Below, piece after piece: positions 29,440 through 42,883 of a stretch of 64,000 nt of DNA. The notes below the pieces were generated by a model. The model did not search any database. It saw only the letters and a list, made by a program, of their open reading frames with translations, and was not told the DNA's origin. The DNA lies in NCBI RefSeq assembly GCF_024521635.1, contig NW_026250417.1, positions 186,001 to 250,000 of the forward strand, written 5' to 3'. Origin of the DNA: Tricharina praecox. Taxonomy: Eukaryota. Within the stretch, counting starts at the first letter, position 1; every line of letters begins with the position of its first letter. The translations under genes were made by a program, and so were the position numbers.

Positions 29440-32159
29440 ATGGAACAACGAAATCCACACGAGCTATGCCGCGAATCTGCGCTGGAACGCGCGCTTTCCT
29501 ACGGCTACAATACCGCCATCGAGCGTACTCGGCCGCAGGAATATCCGCAACTGACAGGTGGGCATCCCATCCCTCCCCTCCAGCTCTATGCATCCCAGCA
29601 GCAGCAGCAGCTGAACCAAGCAATTCAGAATGTACGTACCTCGACCACGCGGGCGCCACGCCTTCGCCCGTATCGGGCATCCGCGCGTTCTCTGCCGACC
29701 TGTGCAGCAATCTCTACGGCAACCCGCACAGCGCCTCGCCGTCGTCGCTGCTGTCCACCCAGCGCGTAAACGATGTGAGGCTCCGCGTGCTGCGGTATCT
29801 CAATGCGGATCCGGAGGCGTTTGATGTCGTCTTTTGTGGCAATGCGACGGCTGCTGTGAAGCTCGTTGCGGAGGGGTTTGTGGCTGCAGGTGAGGGAGAG
29901 GAGGGATGGAGATATAGGTTCCATGGCGATGCACATACGAGCTTGGTCGGCGTCAGGGAGTTGGCAACTGATGCGAGCTGTCTGGAGACGGATGCGGATG
30001 TGGAGCGGTGGTTAGAGGAGCCTTCGGAGCCTTCCGAGGGGGGGAGGGGCGAGGACGGGCCGGGACTGTTTGCGTGGCCGGGCCAGAGCAATCTCACCGG
30101 GCGGCGGCTGCCTCTGCAGTGGGCGGGTCGGATCCGCGCCCGCCGGCGGAACTACTACACACTGCTTGACGCGGCGGCACTGCTGACCACCTCGCCGCTG
30201 GACCTTAGCGGCGCCGGTGCCGCCCCCGACTTCACGGTGTTCAGCTTCTACAAGATCTTTGGGTTCCCGGACCTAGGCGGGCTGGTCGTGCGGCGGGCGA
30301 GCGCGGGCGTGCTAGCGGGCCGGCGGTATTTCGGCGGCGGCACGGTGGGCGGCCTCACGATCCACGGGTTTGTCGCACGGAAGACTGAGGCGCCGCATCA
30401 GTTCCTTGAGGACGGGACGGTGCCGTTCCATTCGATCATTGCGCTGGACGCGATGATGACCGCGCGGGAGCGCGTGCATGGATCGCCGGTGGAGGTGTGC
30501 GCTCACGCTTTCTCGCTGGCGAGGCTGGCACGGGAGTTGATGGGGGAGTTGGAACATGGGAATGGTCGGAGGGTGTGCACTATCTACGGCGCGGGCGACT
30601 TCGCGTCCGCCCGAGAACAGGGCCCGACTATAGCGTTCAATATGCGGAAGCCGGATGGTGCCTGGGTCGGCTACGCCGATGTCGAGAAGCTGGCCGCCGT
30701 GAAAAAGATTCATCTCAGGGTCGGCACGATGTGTAACCCCGGCGGTATGAGCAGCTATGTCGGCCTCAAAAGCTGGGAGATGGAACAGAACTATAAGGCA
30801 GGACATGTGTGCTCGGACGATCGGGATGTCATCGGCGGGAAGCCGACGGGCGCCGTCAGGGTCTCGTTTGCGGCGATGAGTACGCTCGACGATGTGCTGG
30901 TGCTGGTACGGTTCTTGGAGGAGTTTTATGTGGATCGCGGGTGTGTTCCGACTCCGATCCCGGTGCCGGATGGGATTGGAGACGGGCAGGATGAGGTCGT
31001 CGTGGATAGTTTAATAATATGTAAGTGCTCGTCCCATGGTGGGACTGGATTACCATTGACTGGATATAGACCCGATCAAGTCCTGCGGTGGCTACAAGAT
31101 TTCGCCAAACGTCGCATGGGAGATCAAGCCACACGGGCTGGCCTGGGACCGCGAATGGTGTCTCGTGCACCTTGGTACCGGCGCAGCACTGAGTCAAAAA
31201 GCGTATGTCTATCATTCCCACAACTCTCACCATGCGCTGATATTTCCACACGCAGCTACAACAAAATGGCCCTCCTCCGACCAGAGATAGATCTCTCAAC
31301 CGGCGTGCTCACCGTCACCTCCCCGACTACTTCCCTCCCACCTCTACAAATCCCGCTCCACGCATCCCCCACATCCCTCCACGCATCCGCCTCCCGCGTC
31401 TGCGGCGACAAGATCACAGCGCTGACCTACAACACCCCGTCCATAACCAACTTCTTCACCGCGGCCGTCGGAGTCCCGTGCACGCTGGCCCGGCTCCCAC
31501 CCGACTCTGCAAGCCGCAACTACAAGCCGCACCTGAGCGTTCCGCCACAGCCGGGGGGGAGCAAACAACCAGCGATCCAGCTAAGCAACGAATCTCCCAT
31601 CCTGCTGCTGAACCTCGCCAGCGTCGCCTCCCTCAACCTTGCGATCTCATCCACCGGCGGAAAACCCGCCAGCGCGGACGTATTCCGCGCCAACATTGTG
31701 GTGCGCTGCGCATCCGCTTATGCGGAGGATGCATGGGCGCGCGTGAGGATAGGAGAAGAGTGCTTTGATATCCTTGGCCCGTGTAGACGCTGCCATATGG
31801 TCTGTATCGACCAGACTACCGCACAGAAGGATGAGGAGCCGTTTGTAACCCTCGCCAGGACACGCAGGGTTGAAGGAAGGGTGCTGTTTGGTATGCATGC
31901 TACGCATTTGCCGCGACTGGCTGGCGATGAAGACAGTAATGGCAATGGCAATGGCAATGGCACGCCGACGATACGGGTGGGCGATAAGGTAGTGGTGCTT
32001 CCTCGTGAGGAGGAGGCGGAAGTGGAGAGCTCCGTGGATGCGCGGAGGCAGACGGTGGAGGTGCAGGTAGAGGTCGAGGTGGAAGCTCGCAAGCAGCAGG
32101 GAGGGTTATTGCACTCATTGGCGGCGATGGTTCCAAGGTCTTTACGGGCTGGAGCGTAA
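29440..32159 (+). CDS. hxB: Molybdenum cofactor sulfurase (NifS-like PLP domain plus MOSC), 4 exons
   Basis: EYPQL|..TYLDHAG, YGNPHS, FSFYKIFGFPDLG (PLP Lys), GTMCNPG, YPIKSC, FRANIVV and CRRCHMVCIDQ. Introns at about 29558-29628, 31021-31069 and 31203-31255. Confidence 0.93.
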
Positions 32160-33330
32160 TGTTGGTGTTGGCAAGCATACATGTATTTCATAATTATCTT
32201 GGGCGTTCTTGGGGGAGTTGTATTTACCGATATTTCCAAGCATTTACCGTTTACGTTTTATTCCGCACTTCGGATTACCGTACTGCACCTGCATGCGCGT
32301 GTATGTGTGTATGTAGATCCTAGTGGAGAGCGGAGGTGAGATCTCCGTATGCATAGAATACTTACCCACACGACGGGAGGAAAATCTCCCAGACTCGGGC
32401 CTGCATACTACATACATACCTGGAATGTGGAGTAGACAGCCGTTCCGTGAATACCCACCGGTACCCAGCTGTCACTCGGCGCTTTGACCGCCGCCGACCG
32501 GCTCCGTCTGGGTCAGGTGGGCGGGAGGGAGTTCTCCGTTTGCACTCACTTACTCACGGACGCCACGCACACGTATGTAACTATGGGTGGTGTATGGGTG
32601 GTGTATGGGTGCACTTTCCCCTTGCACACCTCACGTGCATGGCGGTAGTTCTCGACTCTCCAGGTGTGCACCGGGGATGGGCTGGACTGTAGGGGAGGGT
32701 GCGAGATCATGATCCACCGTCCACGCACGCAGCTTCCGCCAGCGCCCACGCCAGTGCCAGCACCAGCGGCCGTGACCGCGCACTCGGGAAGTGTGGAGTA
32801 CATATCATACCCAAGCTAGGCTAGGTAATTAGTCACATATGTACCTCCCTCCCCTGCCCAGAAGGGAAGCAAGATCCCCACTCCCGCGGGAGAAAACGGC
32901 TGCATGGATGTACCTCTGGATGTATGGATGGCTGTATGGATGGCTAGATAGACGGATGGACGGCGCAGCTCTTGCAGCGCATGTGCAGCGGTGCATCTAC
33001 AATATCTGCAATGCACAGTCATCGAATCGACATCGATGCACCAAGTGGGTTAATTGTTCCCCTTCCCCCCTGCGACGGACCATGGTGTCGGAGGCGGAAG
33101 CGCCCGCTTCTACCCGCCCCGGCTGCTCTCTCCCCCGCCAGATAGGGCCGATAGGTAGGTACGATGGAGGTCGCTGGAGCCCGGAGCTTGGAGGGTGGAG
33201 GATGGAGTGCATGGATGGAGTGAATGATAAGGTTGGTAAATCGATACGAGAGGTAGGGTTGGGTAGCTATATAAGCTTCTGGGAGCTTCCATTCCAACAT
33301 GGGATACACAAACGAGTCATACGGGTGATC

Positions 33331-33508
33331 TACATACAGCTGCCTGCTAGAGCTCTATATACCTCGTTATACTCTTCTAATCCATCTCCATTGTTCTGAG
33401 TATCACCACCCAGCACCTTCTGTACACACAGCTGCTAGAGCTTTATATACCTCCTTCCACTTCTCTAATCACCCTCTATTGGTCTCGGTATCACCACCCA
33501 GCACTTTC
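33331..33508 (+). repeat. Diverged tandem duplication (about 88 bp x2) of a TATA-containing promoter segment
   Basis: CAGCTG..CTAGAGCTYTATATACCTC..CTAATC..GTATCACCACCCAGCAC occurs twice, at about 33331-33419 and 33423-33508. Confidence 0.8.
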
Positions 33509-33534
33509 TCCAGCTTCCCCTACAGACAACAGCA

Positions 33535-34631
33535 ATGACGATCCCCACCGCGCCCTCGCCCTCTTCCACCACCTCCACCCTTCCCCCCGCCCCATCGCGG
33601 CCCTGGATCCACACGCCTTTGATCCCGTCTGCCACACTCTCCACCCTAGCGGGGTGCACCGTCCTTCTCAAGCTCGACCTGCACCAGCCGAGCGGCTCCT
33701 TCAAATCGCGCGGGGTGGGCTACCAAATCCTGCAGATCCTCCGCTCGCACTCCCTTGTCTCCAGCAGCACAGCGCACATCTACAGCTCATCTGGGGGCAA
33801 CGCGGGCCTAGCGGCGGTGCACGCGTCCCGCATGCTAGGAGCACGATGCACCGTCGTGGTGCCCGAGAGCACGTCCGCGTTCATGGCGGAGAAGGTGCGG
33901 GCGGCGGGCGCGGAACAGGTGCTGGTCTGCGGGAAGAGCTGGGTCGAGGCGGATCAGCACGTGAGAATGCTGGTGGAGCAGGATAAGGACGGGTACTACT
34001 GCGCGCCGTTTGATCATCCCGATGTCTGGGAGGGCAATGCGACGTTGGTCGATGAGATCCTAAAGGATATGAACGGCGACGTGCCGGATGCGGTCGTGGC
34101 GAGTGTGGGTGGTGGAGGTCTGTTGGTGGGCTTGCAGCTGGGGCTCGAGAGGAGCGGGTTGGAGGAGAGGACTAGAATGGTCGCCGTCGAGACGAGGGGC
34201 GCCGAGAGTTTGAATGCTAGTCTTAGGGAGGGTAGGCTGGTTACTCTCGAGGAGATCACGAGTATTGCGACGAGTCTGGGTGCGAGGACCGTCGCGGAGA
34301 AGGCGTTTGAAGTTGGGTCGTGGGGGAACGTCATCTCGAGGGTGGTGAGTGATGGCGCGGCGGCGAGGGCATGTGTAAGGTTTGCAGAGGAGGAGAGGAT
34401 GTTGGTTGAGGCGGCGTGTGGGGCCAGTTTGGCGGCGGTGTATGAACTTGGCTTGAGGAAGATGATGCCCGAGTTGACGAGTGAGAGTAAGGTGGTGGTC
34501 GTGGTTTGCGGAGGTAAGTTCATCCATTCACTGTTTAGGTGATCACGCACTGACGGCGAGCAGGTAGCAATGTCAACTTGGAGATTCTGGAGAAGTACAG
34601 GACGGAATATCCACTTCAGCAGAAAGCATAG
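33535..34631 (+). CDS. CHA1: PLP-dependent L-serine/threonine dehydratase, 2 exons
   Basis: QPSGSFKSRG (PLP Lys), SSGGNAG, SVGGGGL, ATSLGA and VVVVCG|GSNV. Intron at about 34514-34563. Confidence 0.9.
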
Positions 34632-34755
34632 ACACCGAGAGAGAGATAGAGAGAGAGAGAAAAGGAAGATACATAGAGCATCATAATTTTGGAAGTATGT
34701 AGGAGAATATAATAAATTTCATGTCATTTATCGTATCCCCTGGACCAAATTCTAT

Positions 34756-35848
34756 CTAAGCAACAGCCTTCTGCAAGAGCACTTTCCGGTGATTCCAATA
34801 GTTCGTTCGTATTGGATCGTAAGTCTTGGCCAGCAGCTCGAGGGCTTTGATGGCCGTGTCCTTGGTCTCCGGCTTCTCGGCGCCGATATCAGCGAGCCAG
34901 TCGAGGCCGTGGGATGATGTGATACGGTCGGGATTGTCAACGGGGGCATAGTGCTTGCACAGAGCCTCCATCTTGGAAAGCGGCAGCTTTGCGCGCGAGA
35001 TCAGTCTGTCCCCGCTTATCAGTCAATGCGGTCACTACATAGCTGGATGTTCAACTCACCCCCGCAGGTAGTTCCAAGGGCTCTGATTCTGCGGCGCCAG
35101 GTAGATCGCGTCCTCGGCGTACCTACACCAGTCAGCAAAGTCCCCCATCCACTAGCAGTAGGTATCACATACTTGATCTCCCTCTCGACGACGTCCATAT
35201 CGACCTCTCCGCCCCTCCCAAAAACGACGAAGAAGCGATGATTCCACGCCGAATTGTTCCTAATATCCTTTGCGAGGAGCTTGTCGACATATTCCAACTC
35301 GCCCCCTTCCCAAAGCTCGAAGCGTCTCACCAGCCACTGCCGGTAGCTCCAGACATGGTAGTTCTTCGAATCCTTCTCGAACATCTTCGCAACGAACTCG
35401 GCCTCGCCCGTGGGGTCCCCCAGCTTGTCCATAATCAGCTGGCGGTGGTGCCATATCTGATAGTTCTTCTCGTGCCGCAGCGCCTTGTTGTTGAGGTACG
35501 CGATCTCCTGTCGCAGGTCGTGCGAGAGCGCGAAGATGCATTTCGCGCGGTAGAGCCTGTCCTCCTCCTCTCGCCACTAGGTATCAGCTTCCTTGCCTAC
35601 CCCCACACAACATAAAAGGAAATGGAAAGGGATAGGAACCAGACGGTGTAGTGCGCAGGGTTCATCTCAGTGATGTGCTCCGTGATCGCCAGCGCGCGCG
35701 CACTGTACTCCTCCTTGGCCATTATCGCCCGCAGGTACGACATGGCCTCCGCGTACTCCTCGGTGTACGCGATCTGCGCGAGCGGCTTGTCGCCATCGTC
35801 TTGCGGCAGCGGGATGATGTCGTCCCACGCCGGGTCTTCTTGATACAT
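34756..35848 (-). CDS. RAM2: Protein farnesyltransferase/geranylgeranyltransferase-I alpha subunit, multi-exon
   Basis: WDDIIPLPQDDG, prenyltransferase alpha repeats NPAHYTVW, KNYQIWHHR, KNYHVWSYRQW and RNNSAWNHR, and C-terminal YDPIRTNYW. Confidence 0.93.
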
Positions 35849-36668
35849 ATTGTGGTCGTATGTAACAGTGGTCGTGGGCGTGGTGGTGGTTGGTGGTGGG
35901 GGTTGAGGTTCCGACGAGAGGGAGAAGGGTAAGAGCGCGAATGGGTGAGGTGAGGATGTGCGCGAGCCTTGAAGCTCTATGTAGCATTGAATCGCAGTAA
36001 TTGCGGGGTTCGGGTTGTTCCGTCAGGCTTGCTGCTATCCATGCTAGTTACACACAGCCTGCAAGGCGTCACGCTCCAACGACAATAGCAAGACATTCCA
36101 AAGGAGTGATCACTGATACATTCCAACTCCACAGCCCGGTGGGTCCTTATTCACCAACCAAGACCGAGTGATGGTTTTCACAATCACCAAGAAAGGGGGT
36201 CTTGACCGATCCACGGCGCAGAGTACCCAAGAAAAGAACAAGACTCAGATGCATTTGTCGCTTCTACCTATTCTATTCTAGATATGTAGTATTACGGAAC
36301 TATACTAGTGCGTGCTTCATACGAGTCAGTATGTATCGTCGAAGCGTCTTCCCGAATCATCTCCATCTCCCCTTACTCCAGCTTCGACAATACGAGTACA
36401 GAGCCACACTGCACTAACATGGCTCACATTTACCACATCCCCCCGCATCGGCGCGTCAAGGTCCTCCAACCAGCAACCCCCTCACTACAAACAGGTATCC
36501 CTCGGTTCCCTCCCCCATCCGTCAACGGTATCAACAACCCCTTCCCCCGGCATTCACAAGCCAAAGCAATTACAAGAAATATCTAACAACCAGTACCCAA
36601 TTCACGAAACGAAGAGAAGAGAAAAGAAGTGCAGCAAAGAGAAAAAAACGAAACCCCGCCTCCATCAA

Positions 36669-38304
36669 CTAGGCCTCCGGAGACCACTCCGTCCAGAAGC
36701 GCCACTTGCGCTTTCCGAGCGTGTCTACGCCCACCAGGGACTCGACTCCCTTCACGCCCTCGGCAGCCAAGAACATCTCCTGGCTGATCTCGACGGGGTG
36801 GCCGAGTTCATCGGACCGGGTGATGGCCGGCCACAGAACGCCGACACCCGAACCACCAAGGGTAGTCTCGTACTTCTCGAAGCCCTCGGACGAGAGTTTG
36901 TTTTCAAGCTCCTGCATGATGCTTGGCTTGACATTGGGCTTCAAGAGGGTGATCGAGCAACCGCCTCCTCCAGCGCCGGTAAGCTTGGTCCAACCGATAC
37001 CCGCGTGGTCGATCAGCTCTCGCACACGCTCCAACCGGGGATGCGACACGCCGAGTGATACCAGAATTCCATGGTTGATCCGGATCAGCTCGCCGAGTCG
37101 GACGATGTGAGAACTGCCCGAGTGATTACTAAAGTCGGGATCTGAGATGATGTTGTGCGCTTCGATTGTGATCTTGTCGATCGTGTCCAACATTGAGTTG
37201 GTGATGTCCTCGTATTGTATGAGGAGGTTTCGGACGTTGGCGACTTGCTCCGAGGTCCGGCGGGGCTGTTTGGTGTTGACCAGTAACAAAGGTAATTCTG
37301 GGAAACTGCAAAAGAGTCAGTAATGTAAATCGCAATAGTGACGGATGAAGCATACTTCTTGAGATGGGTAACTTCGGGAGGCTGCGAGTAGTCATTTCGC
37401 TGAAAGAACACCGCCTTTCCTCCGGTAGCTACAGTATTATCAACTCCACTGGGGTTGCCATGGATACACATCTCGCCAACGAACGCCCAGTTGTTGACCC
37501 TTTTGAGCTGCAATTGAGTTTCGCGTGGCAACATGCCTCTGAACGGCATGGTTAGGGTACCGCTCTGGATCTGGAGAGCCGCGCTCAAACAGACAGCAAT
37601 GCTGGCGCTGCTTCCCAATCCCGCTCCGATAGGAATCGTTGACCGCAAAGTGTAGATAGCGCCGGGGGAGTGCTTGTTTCCGATCATCAGGAACAGGTAC
37701 AGGAACGAGGTGGCCGCAGCCTGCAGGACTTTGCCAGGGATCTGGGCAACGATGGGGGCGATGGCCTTCATGAGCTGCGGGTCCAATCTCTCAAGGACAT
37801 CGAAGTAGTAGCGTTTCTTGCCGGGAGCGGCAAAGGCCGTCCAGGGCAACGTGTCAATGTCCCACGACTGGTCGAGCTCAATGTCCGCAAACCGAAGCGT
37901 GAGCATTTTCGAGGGTTTCGGGTACGGTGTAACGAGCAAGTACGAGCGCAAAGAAATGGCAGCAGCAATCGCTCCCTATGCGTGGGTCAATCACTCTTCT
38001 TCCTCTGTCATCCCACGGTTGAAATGCAAAGGATGCCACGAACCTTTCCATGTACCACCGCGTGTTCTCCGTACACGATGACCTTTCCAGGAGCCGAGAC
38101 CATGAACGAAGGAATCTCGGAAGCGGTATCGGAGCGGTGGGATCTGGTCGTCGGCGATGCCTGGCCGCTGTTGGCAGACGACGTCAATTCGTTCGTGAGC
38201 TTGGTGCCTCCATGCAACCGGAGGCCGTCCATGGCGTTTTTCGTGTCGACCATCAGGTGTGACATGCCGCCGTTGGAATGCACTGCTGAAACCGTTTCAG
38301 CCAT
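36669..38304 (-). CDS. ERG12: Mevalonate kinase, 3 exons
   Basis: SAPGKVIVYGEHAVVHGK, PIGAGLGSSAS (GHMP motif), HGNPSGVDN and KLTGAGGGGC. Confidence 0.95.
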
Positions 38305-40041
38305 CGACCAATGCTGTATTATGGACGAGATGCGTAACGGGGGGGAGGCAAAGGTGTTGAGTGGCCGCTATTTGTGAGGGTGCGGCGGGAGATGGGGGTT
38401 ATATGCTGTTGAACGTTATGGGGAATAAAGAGGAGGGATTGTGATGCGCAGCAGCGAGTGCGAGGACGCGCGGAAGCGACGGATCAAGTTGGGAAGCTGA
38501 TATAAACGGGTGTTGTGATTTGCGGGAGGTAGTTGACAGCCGTATAGTTGGACGCGGACCAGGGATTCCCGCCAGTCGCCGCGACACAGCCCACCACCTC
38601 AAAATGCCCAACGTTCATGAAAAACATCTCACGATGTAGAAACTCTTTTCCAAAGCGAAAAAGAGCCTCTGAGCGAAGATATCTCAATCCTCGGCATTTC
38701 TTAACGCAAGTAGTTGATCCACTCATTTTGAGATCATAAAGCGTATCGTTCTGGTGGCGACCATCCGTAATGTCAATCAGAGATAGGGGTATGACGCGCC
38801 TGTTCGAGTAATGTAGTCACGTGTTTGATTCTGTTAATCAGAGAATTGGATGACACTAACACCTTGCGGTCCACGGCAACTCGAGTAGTATCGCCCATAT
38901 ATCCCGCGGGATCCTCCGACAGCGCAAGAAGCGAATTCAACGTGTGCCTGCCTATTACCTCTGCTGCTACCGTTCTTCTCCCCTAACCACTGCCTCATTC
39001 ACTAAAATCATCGAACTGAATGTAGGTTGAACGTCGAAAAGGATAGGGTGGTGGATTCAGTGAAAGGAGTTATCGGAAGGAAGGAAAGGAAGAGGAGGCC
39101 GTGTTTTATCAGGTGTCGTCACGCTTTGGCCGACAGTCTCAGGTCATGCAGAATCAAAAACCATGGTATCACGACATCGAATTTAAAGACCGAGTGAAAA
39201 ACCATGCCCAGACCCATTCAGGCTTCTCTTGCTTCTCTCCTTACCATTCTCCTCTTTCTTCTCCGTTGCTACATACTACGATATGACCGTACTAGCCTTT
39301 GAAGCAGTAAATTTCCAGCGATAGCATTGCCAGCGTTCCTCATAGTCTGGTCCGGATTGCCTCTGTCCGATCCCGTCTGCCGATAAATCAGGATCGACCC
39401 TGACAGACGGAGCAGTGTATTGATATATCAGGGCCTCACGGAATGTATGGAACAAACTACCATCATCTTGTGCCCGCTCAATGAATCAAAGTACACTTAA
39501 ATCAGAGGGGGCTCGTTAACAACGGACTGGGGGCATATCATACCTCTTCAGGTGATCAGGCTGTCACAATGAAGAGAAGGGAAGAGCTTCTTTGTCGAAG
39601 GACACATGGAAGAGGCTCGATGTATGCAGAATATAGCTTCCTAACCGTGGAATCACAGTTTCTCAACTCATGCGCGGATATTGTCCGTGATCAGCACCGA
39701 ATTTAATCAAGGTCTGAAAGCAACTGGACAGGACTCTCAAGTTCCCAGTAATGATCGGACGAAAACTCGGCACCCAACCTTGGAATTTTGGAACTGCCGC
39801 ATAATGTCTCAGTGACCGTTGATGATGCACATGTTAACTGCAGCTTGGTTCCAGGATGTTTAGCGTAACCTCTTCAGGCTCATGCATGCACAACCCACTT
39901 AGCGCATTGGCTCTGAAATTTTCTGTGAGCCGCAACAATTAACTTCACCTCGCGGCCACCATTTCCACCTCCTACCAAATCACAACTCCCACCAAACCAC
40001 AACCACCGCCTCAAACCCACAACTTACAACCCACAAGAACC

Positions 40042-41447
40042 ATGGAAATCGACCAGCCAGAGCCGCGGGCGCAAAGCCAGGTGCAAGTCAAATTCGTGAC
40101 ACGAGACACCGAGATCTCCGTGCCGACCGCGCCGATCCTGGTTCCAAGCAAGTGAGTGAGTTCTCCCTCCGCCATTGGGATTCCAGCCGCCTAACCGCCA
40201 TTCCTCGCAGCCTGAAGCGTCTGGGTCTCTCGCAAGTAGTGAACCACCTGCTCGCCTCCTCGCAATCCATCCCCTTCGACTTCCTCGTGGACGGCGCCTA
40301 CCTCCGCAGCACGATCGACGCCTACATCCTCGAGAACGGGCTGTCGTCCGAGAGCGTGCTGACGCTCGAATACGTGCGGGCGGCGGTGCCCCCAAAGTTC
40401 CTGACCTCGTTCCAGCACGACGACTGGGTCTCCTCCGTCGCCGCGTCAACCGCAACCAACAAGCAGCGCGCCCCCGTGGTGCTGACGGGCTCGTACGATG
40501 GTATCGCGCGGGTGTGGAACACGAGCGGCGCGGTGCTGTGCGAAGCCGCGGGCCACCAGGCAGCGATTAAGGCGGTCAAGTGGGTCGACGGGGACTCGTT
40601 CGTGACGGCGGGGATGGACCGCGCGCTGCGCGTGTGGCGCTACACCGCCGACTCGACGGTCGAGGCGGGGGTGAAGGCCGTCGCGGAGTACGTGGGCCAC
40701 AAGGCGACGGTCGAGGCGCTCGCTGTCGACGCCGCGACGAAGCGGATCCTGTCGGCGTGCGCGGACGGAAACGTCGGCGTGTGGAGCTCGGTCCCGAAGG
40801 AGTCCCCCGCTGCGCCTGAGGTCGAGCTCCCCGCGAGGACGAAGAAGCGGAGGCTGGCGCAGACAGGGCCGAGGGTTGCGCATTACGGTGCGCTGCAAAT
40901 GCTGCAAGGTCATACCGCGCCCGTGTCGGGTGTCGCGTTTGCACCACAGGATTCGTCGGTGGCGTACTCGGTCTCATGGGATCATACGATTAAGACGTGG
41001 GATCTGACGACGATGGTCACGATCGACACGAAGACTACACAGCACCCCATCCTGAGCCTGTGCGCTATGAAGTCGCTGAATATCCTTGCGTGCGGCTCGT
41101 CCGCGAGACACATCATCCTTCACGATCCGAGAGAGTCGGCGCAGGGTGTGAGCGCGGCTACGTTGAGAGGTCACTCGAATGCGGTGGTGGGGCTGAGTGC
41201 GAACCCCGAGAATGAGTGGCAGCTTGCGTCAGCAGGTCACGATGGAACTGTACGGGTGTGGGATGTCAGAGCTTCCAGCAGTGGGAACCTGTTCACCATC
41301 AACAGAGAGGGTGAAGGGTTGAGCGGGAACGAAAAGGTGTTTGATGTGGAGTGGAGCTCGGTGGGCATCGTCAGTGGAGGAGAGGACAAGCGCGTGCAGA
41401 TCAATGCTACACCGAGGGGACAGGATGTAACGGTGAATAAGCCATAG
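40042..41447 (+). CDS. YTM1: Ribosome biogenesis WD40 protein Ytm1/WDR12, 2 exons
   Basis: N-terminal NLE domain (VQVKFVT, LSQVVNHLL, PFDFLVDG, LTLEYVRA), HDDWVSSV and WD repeats. Intron at about 40153-40210. Confidence 0.93.
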
Positions 41448-41649
41448 GGGGAGGCGGAGGGAATACTGGCGTTCAAAAGCATCATTTAGAAACCATAGAA
41501 CAACCAACCCGGGTATAACTCTAATATCTGAACAAACACCGTTCCGCTTGTCAGCATCCGTATCACTACCATCTACATGTAGAGCAGAAGCAAATAAACT
41601 CCACCGGTCAATCCACACCCATATAAAACCCGCAACGCCATTTACCCTT

Positions 41650-42883
41650 TTACAGCTTTTCAAACACGGCCTGCATCCAGCGTCTATACATCTTGATCTT
41701 CCTAGTCCGATTGACCAGCATGCGCTTATCGGTAGCCAAGCTCTCGACCTTGAAACCGCCGTACCCATCCTCTGCATCCTGCGCGGGCAGATCCGAGCCC
41801 TCGCGGAACACACCCGAGAAGATCTCGCCCAACTGCTCCTCCTCGAAGAAATACACCCTTGTGCCGTCGCCGCGGATGTAAAAGTTCTCATCGAGGTATC
41901 TCCCTCCCTTGAACCTTACCTGGGCGAGGTCATGGCGGCCATAGTCGCGGAACAACACCTTCCCACCCGGCTTCAGCATCCGCCGCACGTTCCGCAGCGC
42001 CGCGATCCACTGCGACGGCGCCAGCGCCGAGAACACAAACACCATGATCACGATGTCGACCGAGCCCGCCTCCACCCCCTCCGGCAGCGTGTCCTCCGCC
42101 GAAAGGTCGTACACACTGGCGCGCACATTCCCCTTGGGCTCGTACTGTGCATACAGCTCCTGGGCCTTCACGACCGCGACAGCATTCGGCGCGAAATCAC
42201 ACCCATGGATGCAAAACCGTGGGTTCGTATTGATCTGGAGCACAGGAAACAGGGTATTTCCCGCGCCACAGCCGAGTTCGACCACGACGCACGGCCCGTA
42301 CTCCTCACCAGTCGCGGCACTCAGGATCGGAAACTCCTGCTGAAGCCACTTCCGGTCCTTGAAGAAGTTCTCGCCGTTGTTCTTGTAGAAGATGTCCCAC
42401 CACTTGGCCGGGTTGCCGTTGAACCGCGCCTTGTCATGCGCGCTCACGGGCTTCGCGCGCTGCGCCGATAGCTGCTCTTGCGTGAACGCGGCGTACTCGT
42501 CGTCGATCTCGACGTGGTCCCATGCGTTGAAGGAGAAGGGATCGTCGGTCGGGAGGAGGAGTCTTTTTTTCCCCAGGAATCAGCAAGGGCGCGGGAGGGG
42601 GGGAGGGGGGGAGAGGGTGAGGGGGCACGGAGCGCATATCATACCTCGAGCCGAATTGGAAAGGATCCGAAACCTTGGGGCCGTCGGGCTTTGCGTTCGC
42701 GGGCACGGAGGTCTGCTCCTGCTCCTCCTTGGCGTCAACGCTTTCCTCTCCCTCTCCCGCCGCCGCAGCAGGGTCCGCGATGGCGAGAGTCGACAGCTCC
42801 GGCAGGCTGTCCCTGGGACTCGACGACGACGACGACGACGGCATGGTCGCGTGCTCAGGTGGAACTTCCGGATCTGTGGTCAT
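41650..42883 (-). CDS. TRM140: tRNA m3C methyltransferase (Trm140/METTL2 family), 2 exons
   Basis: FQFGSR|..FNAWDHVE, WDIFY, FFKDRKWLQQEF, ELGCGAGNT, FRDYGRHDLAQVRF, YIRGDGTRVYFF and MYRRWMQ. Confidence 0.9.

Noticed and set aside
29319..32159. 946-aa single ORF for Moco sulfurase in the ORF track
   Set aside because: It reads through introns by chance. The conserved YPIKSC segment lies in another frame between two introns, so there is no frameshifting.
38700..39950. 1.3-kb spacer between divergent ERG12 and YTM1
   Set aside because: I could not support any ORF, RNA motif or repeat there by eye.
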